Shown here in pieces: positions 1-11,502 of a DNA stretch of 64,000 nucleotides. The notes beneath the pieces were generated by a model. It saw nothing but the letters and a program-made list of their open reading frames with translations. It ran no database searches and was not told where the DNA came from. The number at the start of each line of letters is the position of its first letter. The first letter of the stretch is position 1. Source of the DNA: Carcharhinus longimanus (lineage: Eukaryota); the NCBI GenBank assembly GCA_030264375.1, contig JASCQW010000162.1:27709647-27773646 (forward strand). Direction: 5' to 3'. A program made the position numbers and the translations under genes.

Positions 1-416
1 GCCTGCATTGGGGGGTGGGGGGTTTCGCTCTGTTGCTTGTGGGTGGGTTTTGTCCCATTGTTTTTTTGAGGTTTGCCCCATTGCTTGCGGGGGTGGGGGC
101 GGGATTGCTCTGTTAGTTGTGGGAGGGGGTTTATGCTGTCACTTGTGTTGAAGGAACTGCTCTATTGCTCTGCCCTGCTCCCCTGTCCTTGGGGAGTGGG
201 GAGAGTTTCTTTTTAATGCAGATTGGGGCGCCCTTTAAAGATGCCAAACTGATCTCTGTGGACCTGGTGTTGTTGGCTCTATCAGGCTCCATATTGACAG
301 CAGAACACAACCCCCCCTCTCCCCTCAACCCCCTGTGTACAGAGAATCTGGAGAGAAAGTGTGGCTCATTTCTCATTGAAATCAACACTGAAAAAATATC
401 GAAAGATTCCAGCCAG
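1..416. mobile_element. Partial GC-rich non-autonomous DNA element (Harbinger-type MITE-like), truncated by the window edge
   Basis: GC-rich interior ending in aagattccagcc, similar to the termini of other MITEs in the window. Confidence 0.4.
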
Positions 417-761
417 TAAGAGGGAGTTAAAGAATAGATATGCTCATTGAATCCCTGAGTTCTGATCGCACTTTAAGAAGGATAGCACAGAAATTAAGAG
501 TTGAGGGCCCGTAGAGGAAGCTATGGATAAGAAAGTTAGAAGGCTGTTCCCCAGTTCAGGCTTTGTACAAAACTTTGGTAGTTCTTCAATTTGCAAAATC
601 AAAACATATGCTGAAGAACAATTTCATTTCATGGAATGGCATATTTAAACTTTTATCATCAAAATGTAAGAATGGTCCCAGCCCCGCACTCAAATAAAAA
701 CAATAATGCAGATGCTGGAAATCTAAAGTAGAAACAGGAAATGTTGGGAAAATGCATGCAC

Positions 762-880
762 TGGGATTTGACTGTCCCACCTACCACAGAATCGGAGCGG
801 GTGAGGGGCGCACAAAGGGAATGTCCGTTGACCTTGGCAGGAATTTTCAGTTTCGCTCGAGCAAGGCCGTAAAATCCCTC
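762..880. mobile_element. About 120-bp MITE
   Basis: Ends gggatttgac...gtaaaatccc. Its reverse complement is similar to the element at 34532-34650. Confidence 0.6.
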
Positions 881-906
881 CTGCGACGTCTTACAGCTTG
901 AAACCT

Positions 907-2139
907 TGGGGCGATTCTCCCAAAAGTGCTGAACGGGCAGGAAAACTGTTGTAAATCCTGACAGTTCTGTCAGTTCAGTTTCTCACCTGAATCTCCGCAC
1001 TCTGTGCGCTGCAGAGGTCCCAGTCATGAATCTCATTAAAAACCCGGAGGGCGGGGCCTATTCACTCCGGAGTCTGACAGTTCTGGAACTCTGCGCATGT
1101 GCAGTTGCTCCAATCTGTCAGTCTCCCCAGCAATCCTGCCCCCAACCCCCGAGACTCCCGCAGTGCTGCCCTTCCAGCCCCTCCGTCCCACAGCCTGATT
1201 GCAGCCCCCACAGCAATTCCTGGGCCAGCCCTGAACCCCACTGACCCGGAGCGCCCCAATGCACAGCCCACCTCCCCAGCAGTGGTGATCTCCCCACCCT
1301 CCTCATCCTGGCAGACCTGCCTCCTCTCCAGGGTCAGTAACCCCCCCACCGCCCCCCACCACCATCCGAGGCAGCCCCCCCGGCAGACCACCCCTCCCAG
1401 CCTGCCATAATGGCTGCCCTTCCTTCATCCTAGACTGATCCTGTCTGCAGAGTGACCCCCACCCCCCCCGATCCACCCGAGGCCCCGTCCCCCATAGGCC
1501 CCCCCCNNNNNNNNNNNNNNNNNNNNNNNNNNNNNNNNNNNNNNNNNNNNNNNNNNNNNNNNNNNNNNNNNNNNNNNNNNNNNNNNNNNNNNNNNNNNNN
1601 NNNNNNCCCCCACTGATCACCCCTAGGCCCCGTCCACAATAGGCCCCACCCTCTTGACTGCCCAATGCCTGATTGGCAGTGCCAAGGTGCCCCTGGGCAT
1701 GGGCACTTTGCCCCTTGGGCAGTGCCAGAGCACCAATGCCCAGGGAGCACCATCGCCCCCACAGCCTGACCCTCTGGGGCGGACCCCGATTGCCCCCCCT
1801 TCATTTCAGTGAGGTGTGGCATTAGTTCTCCCTAGTGGGGAGCTGGTTTGAATCCTGCTGGAATGAAGTACTCCTGTGGGGTGGGAGATTCAATGGGAAC
1901 CTGAAAGTTCCCGATAATGAACTGATAAACATATTTAAAATACATTTTAAAAGGATTTAAATTACTCATCTGTGTTCCTGCTGATTTCCAGCATGATCTG
2001 ACCAGTGATTATTCACTGGTTCTGGGAGATGTGCATGCATTCCCAGTGCATGCGCAAATCTCGGGACAAGGCCAGCGATGTGCGTCTCCCACCCCGACCC
2101 GCCAGAGAAGTTGTGGGTCACGATGGGAGAATCACGGCC
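907..2139. mobile_element. About 1.2-kb non-autonomous Harbinger-like element with TIRs
   Basis: Termini ggggcgattctccc and gggagaatcacggcc. C-rich interior with ggcagtgcc repeats, shared with 11503-12609 and 52578-53372. Confidence 0.6.
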
Positions 2140-2799
2140 ATTAACTCTGTTTCTCTCTCTCCACAGCTGCTGCCAGACTTGCTGAGTGTTTCCAGCATTT
2201 TCTGTTTTTTATTTCAGATCACATGCTTGCTGGCCTTGATGCGATTTTGGAAACAAAGGCCATAATTGACTCGTTATCAAGATCGCCATCCAATGAGGGG
2301 CGCCAGGCGAGGAGAGGAGAGGTGAGTTTCGCACAGCTGGCCAGGTGTAACAGGCAAACAGCAGCTTGTTGTTATTGCGGTGACTATTTCAGCCAGAGGA
2401 GAGCAGCAGGACAGCATCAGGTCATGCGCCCATATCAGGGCGATCTCAGGTTTCTCAGATGCCTCCCTCGAGGTTCTTCTGAAGGAGATGGGAGAGTGGT
2501 GAAGTGCACTGTTCCCTGGCAGCACCAGGAGTATGTCAGCCAGCAGGCGAGGCAGGGATGGCTGGAGTCGCTGTCACATTGTGAGGAAGATGTGGGTTTA
2601 GTGCTGCTAGCTTTTGAATGGTCTGATCAGGAGCTGTATTTTATGTTCCCTTGTGGGTGTATTTTTGGTGAGGAGGGCACCCCACCACCTTCCCTCTACC
2701 CCTAGGCTCACTCTCGAAACCAGCAGCCCACCCACCATATTAAAATAAACAATCAAGGGTCAGTTGAGCTTGTTATCATGCCAACTGACCCCAAAAATA

Positions 2800-3062
2800 C
2801 ATTGCCCATGCTATTGAACAGCTGGTGAATGGTAGAATTTGAATTTTTTAAAAATCTGGAATTAATAATCTAACATTGATCATGAAACCATTGCTGATTA
2901 TCATAAAAATCCATCTGGTTTACTAATGCCCTGTAGGGAAGGAAATCTGCCACCTTACCTGGTCTGGCCAACATGTGAGTCCAGATCCACAGCAATGTGG
3001 TTGACTCTTAACTGCCTTCTGAAATTCAAAGGCAAATGTTGGCTCACATCTCATAAATGAAT
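2800..3062 (+). mobile_element. SINE family B (tRNA-like head, catgaaaccatt...ggaaggaaatctgcc body), partial
   Basis: Same body as the copies at 24383, 49326 and 63020. Confidence 0.7.
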
Positions 3063-3596
3063 TTTAAAAAACTGCATTTGCTATTGGAAGCAAGTTCCCA
3101 TGACCACATTCTTATATCTGTCCTTATCACATGTCTATAACGGGTCAGAAGAGAGTGGAGGGTGGGGAGTGGATCCTACTGCTGAGGAGGGATATTGTTG
3201 GGGTTTCTGTGAGGACGAAGCCTGCACCATCATACTGTTCTCATCACCCTCCATCATCTCACTCTCAATGGCTCCTCAACCCAGTTTAGAATGGATGGCA
3301 CTGAGTGAATCGCACTTCACTAGTGGGCAAGACAAGGTGAGGGAGGCGGAGGCAGCACTCGAAGGCCCGAGGACAGACACAGACAACTGGGGATTGATCC
3401 ATAACGTAGGAAGTAACACACAAGATGGTTATACTTGGAGCAGCAGCGTGAGATGTGTTGGGGTTCCCTGAGGCAGTGCAGAAATGGCTGAGAATGGAGG
3501 TGGCTGTTCGTCATGTGTGTTCCACCATACCTCAGGCTTTTGAGTCCATGAGCTTCTCCACAGAGGGAGTGACCAACATTGTGGAGAGTCGGAAGT

Positions 3597-3947
3597 GGCA
3601 TCATTAACTCTGTCTACACATCCCACTGCTTCGGAAAAGCAGCCAGCGTAGTTAAGGACTCCATGCACCCATTCTCTCTTCCACCTTCTCCCATCAGGAA
3701 AAAGAGATAAAAGTCTGAGGTCACTTACCAACTGACTCGAGAACAGCTTCTTCCCTTCTGCTGTCAGACTTTTGCATGGACTTACCCTGCATTAAGTTGA
3801 TCTTTCCCCACACCCTAGCTATAATTGTAACACTACATTCCGCACTCTCTCCTTTCCGGTAAGCTTTGTCCGTATAGTGCACAAGAAACAATGCTTGTCA
3901 CTGTATACGAATTCATGTGACAATAATAAATCAAATCAAATCAAATC
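3597..3947 (+). mobile_element. Rex1/Babar-like LINE 3' end with (ATCAA)n tail
   Basis: RT C-terminal relic (SLFHLLPSGKRDKSLRSLTN.LENSFFP), AATAAA and a tcaaa repeat tail. Confidence 0.75.
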
Positions 3948-4841
3948 ACTCTGAGCAGATACAAGAAAAGTGTATTGAAATTCAAAAAATGTATGGCACT
4001 TTCTGCAGCATTAAGTGGTCAGTGGCACTGAAGACACAAAGATAGATGGAGTGGATGCCAATTACTTCCTAGCTGGCAGTTCCCTTTAATGATCCAGAGT
4101 GCTATGAGAGGGTTGTGGTTGTCATAGATGATAATGGGAGAGGGGGCATCCGTCATGGGGGTTCCATCATCATGTCCTGTCTCCTTAACCCTCCTGAATG
4201 AGAGACTATCCATGCTGTTAGATCTGTAAGCTAGCCCTGTGCATTAACACTGACACAGCAGCCTCTGGAAGGACCTCCAGATCTACAATGAGGACAGTTG
4301 CCACTGGCATCTCAGCTGCACACACACACATCCAAGAGAATAGATTCCCTCCAGATTCCCTCCAGCTCATCCCAGGGCAGTACCCTGCATCAGCAACCAA
4401 GGCTGCAGGCCATTACATTGTTAATTGCACTTTCTGGGTTACTAGAATATCATATTCTGTGATTGCATTAAGTACTTAATCCAGTAAACGTGTTGCTCAC
4501 ACCCAGGCTTGTCTGTTTCAATTACCTGATGGTGATAAACATAAAAAGGGAAGAAGTGGGGCAGCAAAGCAAAGGTAAGCCCTCAGAGACGGCCAGTGGA
4601 GACATGGCAACAAGGGCGATAGGAATGGAATTATTCAGAATTGCGAGCATTATGCCTGCATTACCTGACTTAGGTAAAGGTGACTCACACAGCCAACTGT
4701 CTAACAGGATGAGTGTAGCTCAGGTAAAATATGCCTGGCTCACTAAATTAGCAGAATATCATTATTTAAACTAGGCTGACTTTAGAAGCTGCAGTCAGGT
4801 TCAAACCCAGGATTTTTTGTTGTTTATCATGTGCCAGTCAT

Positions 4842-4860
4842 TTACCAGTAGATGGCGCAG
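4842..4860 (+). promoter_or_regulatory. Candidate CTCF-binding motif
   Basis: ttaCCAGTAGATGGCGCag closely matches the vertebrate CTCF core CCASYAGRKGGCRS and sits in repeat-free sequence. Confidence 0.35.
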
Positions 4861-5454
4861 GCATGCTGTCAAAAGGGTTTCCTATCGCTGGCAGCGTAGA
4901 GAGCTTCGAAACTGGTCAGTCTCTGTGCTTAGAGCAGAGTGAATTCTTATTTTCAATTTCCACCCCCTAGTGACATACAATAAACTGTATTGGATTACAT
5001 ATGGACTGTATTATAAAACTTTACCATCCTTGCTACTGTTGCCAAAATATTGTTTATCTCTATATAGAATGGTTTTTCAAAAAACTTTATATTGGAGCAA
5101 TAAAATGTTCTCATGCATTGTCAAATAGGTATCAGGGAGCAATTGAAAAAACTCTTTGATTTTAATTTGGTACACTAAGGTTATGCCTGAAAACTAAGAC
5201 TATTTAATTGGTCGTTTATCTCATTGGTGTTGGAGCTTGCTGTGCAGAATTTGGCAGCCACGTTTCTTACATAACAGCAGCGACTATATTTCAAAGATAC
5301 TTAATTAGCTGTAAAGTGGTTTGGGATCTCCTGAGGTCATAATAGGCACTACATAAATTTAAATTGTTTTTTTCCCCCCTTTCTCTATTTGTTGTCAATG
5401 CCAAAAGCAGTGAAGTCTCTTTTCTATATTGTACACATTCACTATTTGCCAAAG

Positions 5455-5754
5455 GTTTAAAGTTTATTTTATTTATTAGTGTCACAAGTGGACTTTCATT
5501 AACACTGCACTGAAGTTACTGTGAAAATCCCCTAGTTGCCACACTCGGGTGCATGGAGAAAGAATTTAGTGTGGCCAATGCACCTAACCAGCACATCTTT
5601 CAGATTTGGGATGAAGCCAGAGCACCCGGAGGAAACCCACAAGACACGGGGAGAATGTGTAGACTCCACGTAGTCAGTGACTCAAGCTGGGAATTGAACC
5701 CAGGTCCCTGGTGCTGTGAGGCAGCAGTGCTAACCACTGTGCCACTGTGTCACC
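5455..5754 (-). mobile_element. HE1/V-SINE-like tRNA-derived SINE
   Basis: Reverse complement of gtggcacagtggttagcactgctgcctcacagcaccagggacctgggttcaattccc (Pol III A/B boxes); AT-rich tail. Confidence 0.85.
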
Positions 5755-6170
5755 CTATCAAACAGATTAGGCACAATAGGAAATTCTAGATTGCTCCAAG
5801 AGGTCAAACTTGTTATCAATACAGATTTGCTGAGTAAATATTTTATACTCAGGACGGATCTATTGATTAGAAAGGCAAGTCGCATTGTGATGAATGTCAG
5901 AGTGTAAGAGGTACAATTGGTTAGGTAGCAGACAGCAATATTTACATAAACTTTGCTTTCCTCTTTACACTTACTGTTTTCCTGAATGTCTCCTATATCT
6001 TTTGTTTCTATTTCAGGTTTCCAGCATTTTGCTTTTGTTGTAACAATATTTAAATAGACACCAACACTAGTGTCACAAAACTTACTGTTACAAACCATTC
6101 CTTTAATTTATTATTTACTTTTCTCCTACCTATTGATTGAATACTTACCTCTGTGGGTTTGTTATTTTAT

Positions 6171-6480
6171 GATGTGGAGATGCGGGCGTTGGACTGGGGT
6201 AAACACAGTAAGAAGTCTCACAACACCAGGTTAAAGTCCAGCAGGTTTATTTGGTAGCAAANNNNNNNNNNNNNNNNNNNNNNNNNNNNNNNNNNNNNNN
6301 NNNNNNNNNNNNNNNNNNNNNNNNNNNNNNNNNNNNNNNNNNNNNNNNNNNNNNNNNNNNNAGGTTTATTTGGTAGCAAACACCACTCCCCCAACGAAGG
6401 GGCAGAGCCCTGAAAGCTAGTGGCATTTGCTACCACATAAACCTGTTGAAATTTAACCTGGTGTTGTGAGACTTCTTACT
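6171..6480. mobile_element. Penelope-derived palindromic element spanning an N gap
   Basis: Inverted arms agtaagaagtctcacaacaccaggttaaa and tttaacctggtgttgtgagacttcttact. Confidence 0.7.
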
Positions 6481-6639
6481 TTGTTATTTTAGCCACCTTA
6501 TAGATTCAATGGAAATATCCATGGGATTTCCTTTGGGGATTCCATGTTACTTGATGCAGGAAGAGGTTGAAGAAGAGAGAGCCAAGGTAATGCAGGAGGC
6601 GAATGTCATCCATCTGACTGTATCCTCACTTCAGAATAT

Positions 6640-6862
6640 AAAGATTATGATAGGGTCACATAAGATCTTGAGGGGTATTGACAGGGTGGAAATGGAGATG
6701 ATATCTCATCTTATGGGAGAATCTAGAACTCGGGGTCACTTTTTAAAATTAAGAGGTCACCCATTTAAAACAGAAATGTGGTGAAATGTTTTCACTCAGA
6801 GGTTCATGAGTCTTTGGAACTCTATTCCCGAAATGATAGTGGGAGCGGAGTCTTTGAATATT
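6640..6862 (+). mobile_element. CR1 LINE 3' fragment
   Basis: KILRGIDRVE...GESRTRGHFLKLRGHPFKTEM is a typical CR1 ORF2 C-terminus. Confidence 0.8.
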
Positions 6863-6864
6863 TT

Positions 6865-7512
6865 TTCCAGGTCCAGGGGACAGCATGAAGTAACACTGAA
6901 ATAGTCATCAATGTACTGATAAAGGAGTTGTGGGAGGGGGCTGGAGTAGTACTGGAACAGGGAATGTTCCACATATCCATAAAAAGACAGGCATAACTGG
7001 AACCCATGCAGCTACCCATAGCCACACCTTTTATTTGGAGGAAGTGAGACAAAGAAGAAATTGTTGAGTGAGAGAACAAGTTCAGCCAGATGAAGGAGAG
7101 TGGTGGTGGATGGCGATTGTTCATGCCTCTGATGAAGAAGCAGAGAGCTCTCAGGCCATCCTGATGGGGAGTGGAGGTGTAGAGGGATTGAACATCCATG
7201 GTGAAAAAGGAGGTGGTTTGGGCCGGGGAACTGGAAGTCATTGATATGGCGTAGGGCATCGGAGGAATTGCGGATGTAAGTGGGAAAAGACTGGACAAGA
7301 GGAGAGAGAATGGAGTCCACATGGGAGGAATTGACTGCCGCAGCTACCTTGACTACAGCTGTTGACACCCCACATCTTTCCTTCACCCCTCTGTCAGCAT
7401 TCCACAGGGACCGTTCTCTCTGGAACACCCTGGTCCACTCCTCCATCACATCCAACATCTCATCCCCTGCGCATGGTAACTTCCAATGTAACCATAGAAG
7501 GTGCAACACCTC
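6865..7512 (-). mobile_element. Degenerate Penelope-like retroelement (RT fragment on minus plus an inverted plus-strand fragment)
   Basis: Minus strand: FTMDVQSLYTSTPHQDGLRAL and FLQIKGVAMGSCMG, which are PLE RT motifs. Plus strand at about 7375-7512: LSAFHRDRSLWNTLVHSS...FQCNHRRCNT, resembling the PLE linker Cys region before GIY-YIG. Confidence 0.75.
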
Positions 7513-7514
7513 TA

Positions 7515-7740
7515 CAATTTCCCTATCAAAACAGGGAAGTCTTGTTAAAACTACATAAGGCACTAGTTAGATCACACCTATGATCTGTAAACAGTTTTGG
7601 TCTCCTTTCCTAAGATATACTGGCATTGGAGGCAGTCTAGAGAAGGTTGACTAGGTTAATCCCAGGTGGAAGGGATTTTCTGATGAGGCAAGTTTGAGTA
7701 GGTTGTGGCCTGTACACATTGAAGTTTAGAAGAATAAGCC
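7515..7740 (+). mobile_element. CR1 LINE fragment
   Basis: YQNREVLLKLHKALVRSHL motif. Confidence 0.7.
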
Positions 7741-7929
7741 TATTATGCACATTATTAACCTTGCACTTCTGTGTCTGATTTTACAAGTTCTGTCACCAGA
7801 TGCACCAACATGATCTTGGATTATTGGTGCTGTGTGTGTTTAGAATATGCTTCCCTCTCAAATCAACATTTTCAGAAATTAGGAAAAATAAATGACTAAT
7901 CCAGAGATATGCTCCTCAATCTGCTTTAC

Positions 7930-8010
7930 CTGTCTGGGAAATCGATCTTTTTACATAGCTGGTGGTGCTGTGACGCTTGCTTGCAATCATGAAGGGATCC
8001 GGAAGTGATT
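7930..8010 (-). CDS. MCF2L2: Symmetric phase-1 cassette exon (ESLPDPFMIASKRHSTTSYVKRSISQT), 81 nt
   Basis: Acceptor ttcaacttcttcttacag and donor CAG/gtaaag. Open frame, length a multiple of 3. Confidence 0.7.
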
Positions 8011-10216
8011 CTGTAAGAAGAAGTTGAATATTTTTAGTAGCATAAAGCTAACATTTATCAAGGATTGCTGCAGAGAAAATAAGAATGATGAATAAACTTC
8101 AGCTTTGGCACAAAGAAGCTCATCCTTACAAAATAAATTCTTCATGTTAAAAATGCTAATTAATGTCACCTTGATAAACAAATGGATTTTTGTTAATTTA
8201 TTTAAATATTTTACACTTCACCTGGTCCATTATTTTGTAGTTGATAATTTCAACGTTGGAAGAAAAAAACAACAAAAGTTTCAAAAACTGGTTACCAATC
8301 TTATTGTATAAAAGAGAAATGGTAGTTTATTTCTCAAGGCTCCTTTACTGACAATAGCCCAAGTTGTTCATCAGTCATGGCTTATTGCAATTCAGGACAC
8401 CACTGTTGTTCAGAAATTAATAATTACACCTCATAATATTTGGTAAGTGAAATATGTTTAAAATTGTCACCAGATGTCATAAAGGATCAGTGGCTGCGGT
8501 GACTTTTAAACTTAAAGCTTGTTTGTATTTCTGGTTGATCTACTAGTCACTCAATCATTGTCGTACAATTAAAATGACTGGAATTTATAAACTGGTTTTG
8601 GATGTATTTTGTCTGATGTAGGGGAATTAGTTCAAGGGAGCTCATGAAATGCAATTCATTGACACAGTAGAGGTACTAAAGTACAAAATTTCTATAGAGA
8701 GATATTGAGAAAAGGAAGGACAAATCAATAGGCTCCTGCAAACGTTAGGAAAATATCTTTTAAAAATGCACACAGTATAGCGGCAGAAGTTAAGATTATA
8801 TTTGGCACTGTGATTAACTGTCCTTTCTGATATTGACAGAAAATGCATGTTGCATAGTACAAGTAACATTAACACTATATTAAATACAATTAAAATGCTA
8901 GTAAATAAAACATAGATGCAAAAATACATGTCTTTCTGCAAATGTTTCTAAGCATGAAAAGAACACATGGAATTTGGACTTCTGGTTCCATGACTTAGAA
9001 TACCATTGCATTGTTCCTGTAGACTTTCACTTAAAAGTAAATGAACCGAAATATCACTGATTATACTTATCACTGACCCCTCTAATTGATCATTGTGGTC
9101 ACCTTTCACTCATTTTCTTACTTGTTCAACTCATGTTTTCTGTGCATATTTTGATAAATATTTCTGGCTTCACTTTTGCATTTTATTTATTAACCTTTTC
9201 TCCCCCAACCCTCCCGCCACCTTGGATCATCAAACAAACAAGAAAGAAGCATGTTCCTGGATATTTGATGATACAACTGCTGAGGCAGCCTTTAGAATGT
9301 GAGCAAGAATGACTCAAGGTAATTAACCCACCAGATTATATTTTTGCCAGATTGCAGATAAAAATGTTCAGCACTAACCAAGGGGCTAAAAATGAACACT
9401 AAACATCTAAAGCTTACATTTAGGGCCAGATTTTTGTCTGGTGTTTTTGTTTGGCCTGCAAACAGCAACATCCTTTTTTTACAGGGCAATTGGATTGTCA
9501 CACATGGATCAGGTGTGCAGCTTGTAGAACAAAAAACAGTACAGCACATGAACAGACCCTTCGGCCCTCAAAGCCTGTGCCGATCACGTTATAAGCATGA
9601 AAGCATGTAGGTCAGGTTTCCCTGAGCCCCTTAAGAAGATTCTGCCCCGATTTTAAAAAAGACATGCAAAAATGTGATGATTCCATTTTTATTTTCTGGA
9701 AAGGTTCTTCCCCCAGTTTAACTGCTGTTGCGGCGCTTACTCCTTCAGCTCCTGTGGGTGAACAGTGAAGTTCAAACTGGCTGCAGTTATCAGTCATGCA
9801 GCTCCGAGGTTACTCAACAGGACATGCACAGAAATTCCCACTTGAACTTTGACTGCAAGAACAGTATGCAGAATGCAGAATGGACAGAAAGTGGATTGGA
9901 CTCCAATGTTTTCCTGCAAAAACTTCTGAATTCAGTTCAACTTTTCAATTCCATGATGCATTATAAATGAGAGACAATAAACGGTCTAACTATTTTGTCT
10001 GAAACAATATCACAAATGTCAAAAGCAGTCACAAACACCTGACACACAGTCACAAACAGCTAAAGCACAATTACAGCCACAATACAGTCAACTCCCACTA
10101 CATGGTTATGGAACACAATGAAATGAAGAACTTCTCCTGAAATGAGAACAAATAAGCACTTTTGTTTAGCAAAGTACATCGCAGCATGCACTTCCCCACA
10201 TCAAATGCAGCTGTAC

Positions 10217-10291
10217 CTTCAAACCCCAGTGGAGTTGGGTCACTCTTTATTTCATATCTCTTAGCTTTAACATCTGGCCCAGAGAGTGATC
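10217..10291 (-). CDS. MCF2L2: Symmetric phase-1 cassette exon (GSLSGPDVKAKRYEIKSDPTPLGFE), 75 nt
   Basis: Acceptor tttcatgcctctgcaacag and donor AAG/gtacag. Matches the MCF2L segment SPDKKAKRHEVKSDPTPFG (recalled). Confidence 0.88.
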
Positions 10292-11502
10292 CTGTTGCAG
10301 AGGCATGAAAACATATCAAGAACAGCTCCATAATTCATTACTTTATTATTTATACCTTACAACAAATAAACTAGCACAGGTTCAGTTAATACAAGTAGCA
10401 GTATTGTCTGATATATAACCTGGGACTAAGAAAGATCATTGAATAAAATCCATTGAGCTTAATGTTTAATCCTTAGAGACATTTTAGCTAAAGCACTGAT
10501 TAGTGGTAAAACGCTTCTTGTTAATAAAGAGCTGAAAAAGCAAATGCGATCCTCATTAACAGAAGCATACAATTTGATATAAACAAGAATTCTCTTTTGA
10601 GTTCATGCATTGCTCTAGCCTGTACCATCAATGAACTGTTACTGCTTAAAAGAGACATCATCGTAAAGAAAAGGTATCCCATCTGAAAAAAAAAATTAAT
10701 TCTGAAAACCCTCACTGACGAAAATCTTTTCTTCTTATTTTGCATTTCCAATTTTTGTTTTTTAATATTTATTTCTGCTACTGCTTTTCCTAATTGATGC
10801 CGAATGCACGCAAACCAAATGAGTTGCAAACCTATGACACAGTTTCTGATGCTATGTAGGTTGGGAAATCTGTTCTGTAGAAAAGCTGGCACAAAGCGGG
10901 TGGATGCCACTTGCATCGAGAGATGAAGGCCTGAAGCTCATTGGAAAATGGACTTTGGGCAACGTCTACATAATGCTAGTGAGTTGCAGTGTTAGTCCAC
11001 AGTGGGGACTTGGAGGGATTTGGGAGATAATTGGGAAATAGGTGATCAGAGGCCAGAGCAACACTCCTGCTCATTTTAGCTCACCAGGAAGGGAAGTTTT
11101 TAAAAAATTAAATGACCTATTCTGGTGGCCTTTTTGGGACTACTGTAAGTCCATAAAAATTGAACCAAATTCAGCTTCAGGATTCAAAAACAGGCAACAA
11201 GTCTCAGCTGAGTCTCTGCCTGATGTTTGTTTTAGGTGGGTGCCCTTGGATCTTGTGAAAGGGAGCAGGTGAGAGGAGTGCTGCTTGGAAATTAGTCCAC
11301 CCAACTCCTATTTTGCAGCAGAAAGAGGGAATGATGAGGCCCATTGACTGACTGGAAGAAAGTGGAAAACCAAGTGAGGGTGCTTTCACATCCTGCAGGA
11401 CCCCCCCTCTCCCCTCACCTTCCACACTGGTCAAGCAAGCTTACTGGCAGATCAATCCTTGGACAGTGCTTTGGAGATCTGAATGGACAGCATCAATGCC
11501 AT

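Larger units (their letters stand above)
692..2220. mobile_element. Short Penelope-derived inverted-arm element interrupted by two MITEs
   Basis: Left arm gcagatgctggaaatctaaagtagaaacaggaaatg (about 707-745) is an imperfect inverted copy of right arm tttccagcattttctgtttttatttcagat (about 2189-2219). Confidence 0.55.

Noticed and set aside
1026-1822. Overlapping Pro/Gly-rich ORFs on both strands
   Set aside because: They are low-complexity GC-rich interior of a non-autonomous element and cross N gaps. The same applies to 11664-12690 and 52537-53244.
2223-2705. 160-aa plus-strand ORF
   Set aside because: No recognisable domain or splice context; the composition suggests a degraded repeat.
1-7929. 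Expected terminal acidic/SH3 exons of a DBS-like protein, or a neighbouring gene
   Set aside because: No convincing match found; they probably lie left of the window or in a gap.
9741-9751. Possible 11-nt microexon (cacag/GAGCTGAAGGA/gtaagc)
   Set aside because: Not frame-preserving and has no homology support. Too speculative to call, although it sits among the Rbfox motifs.
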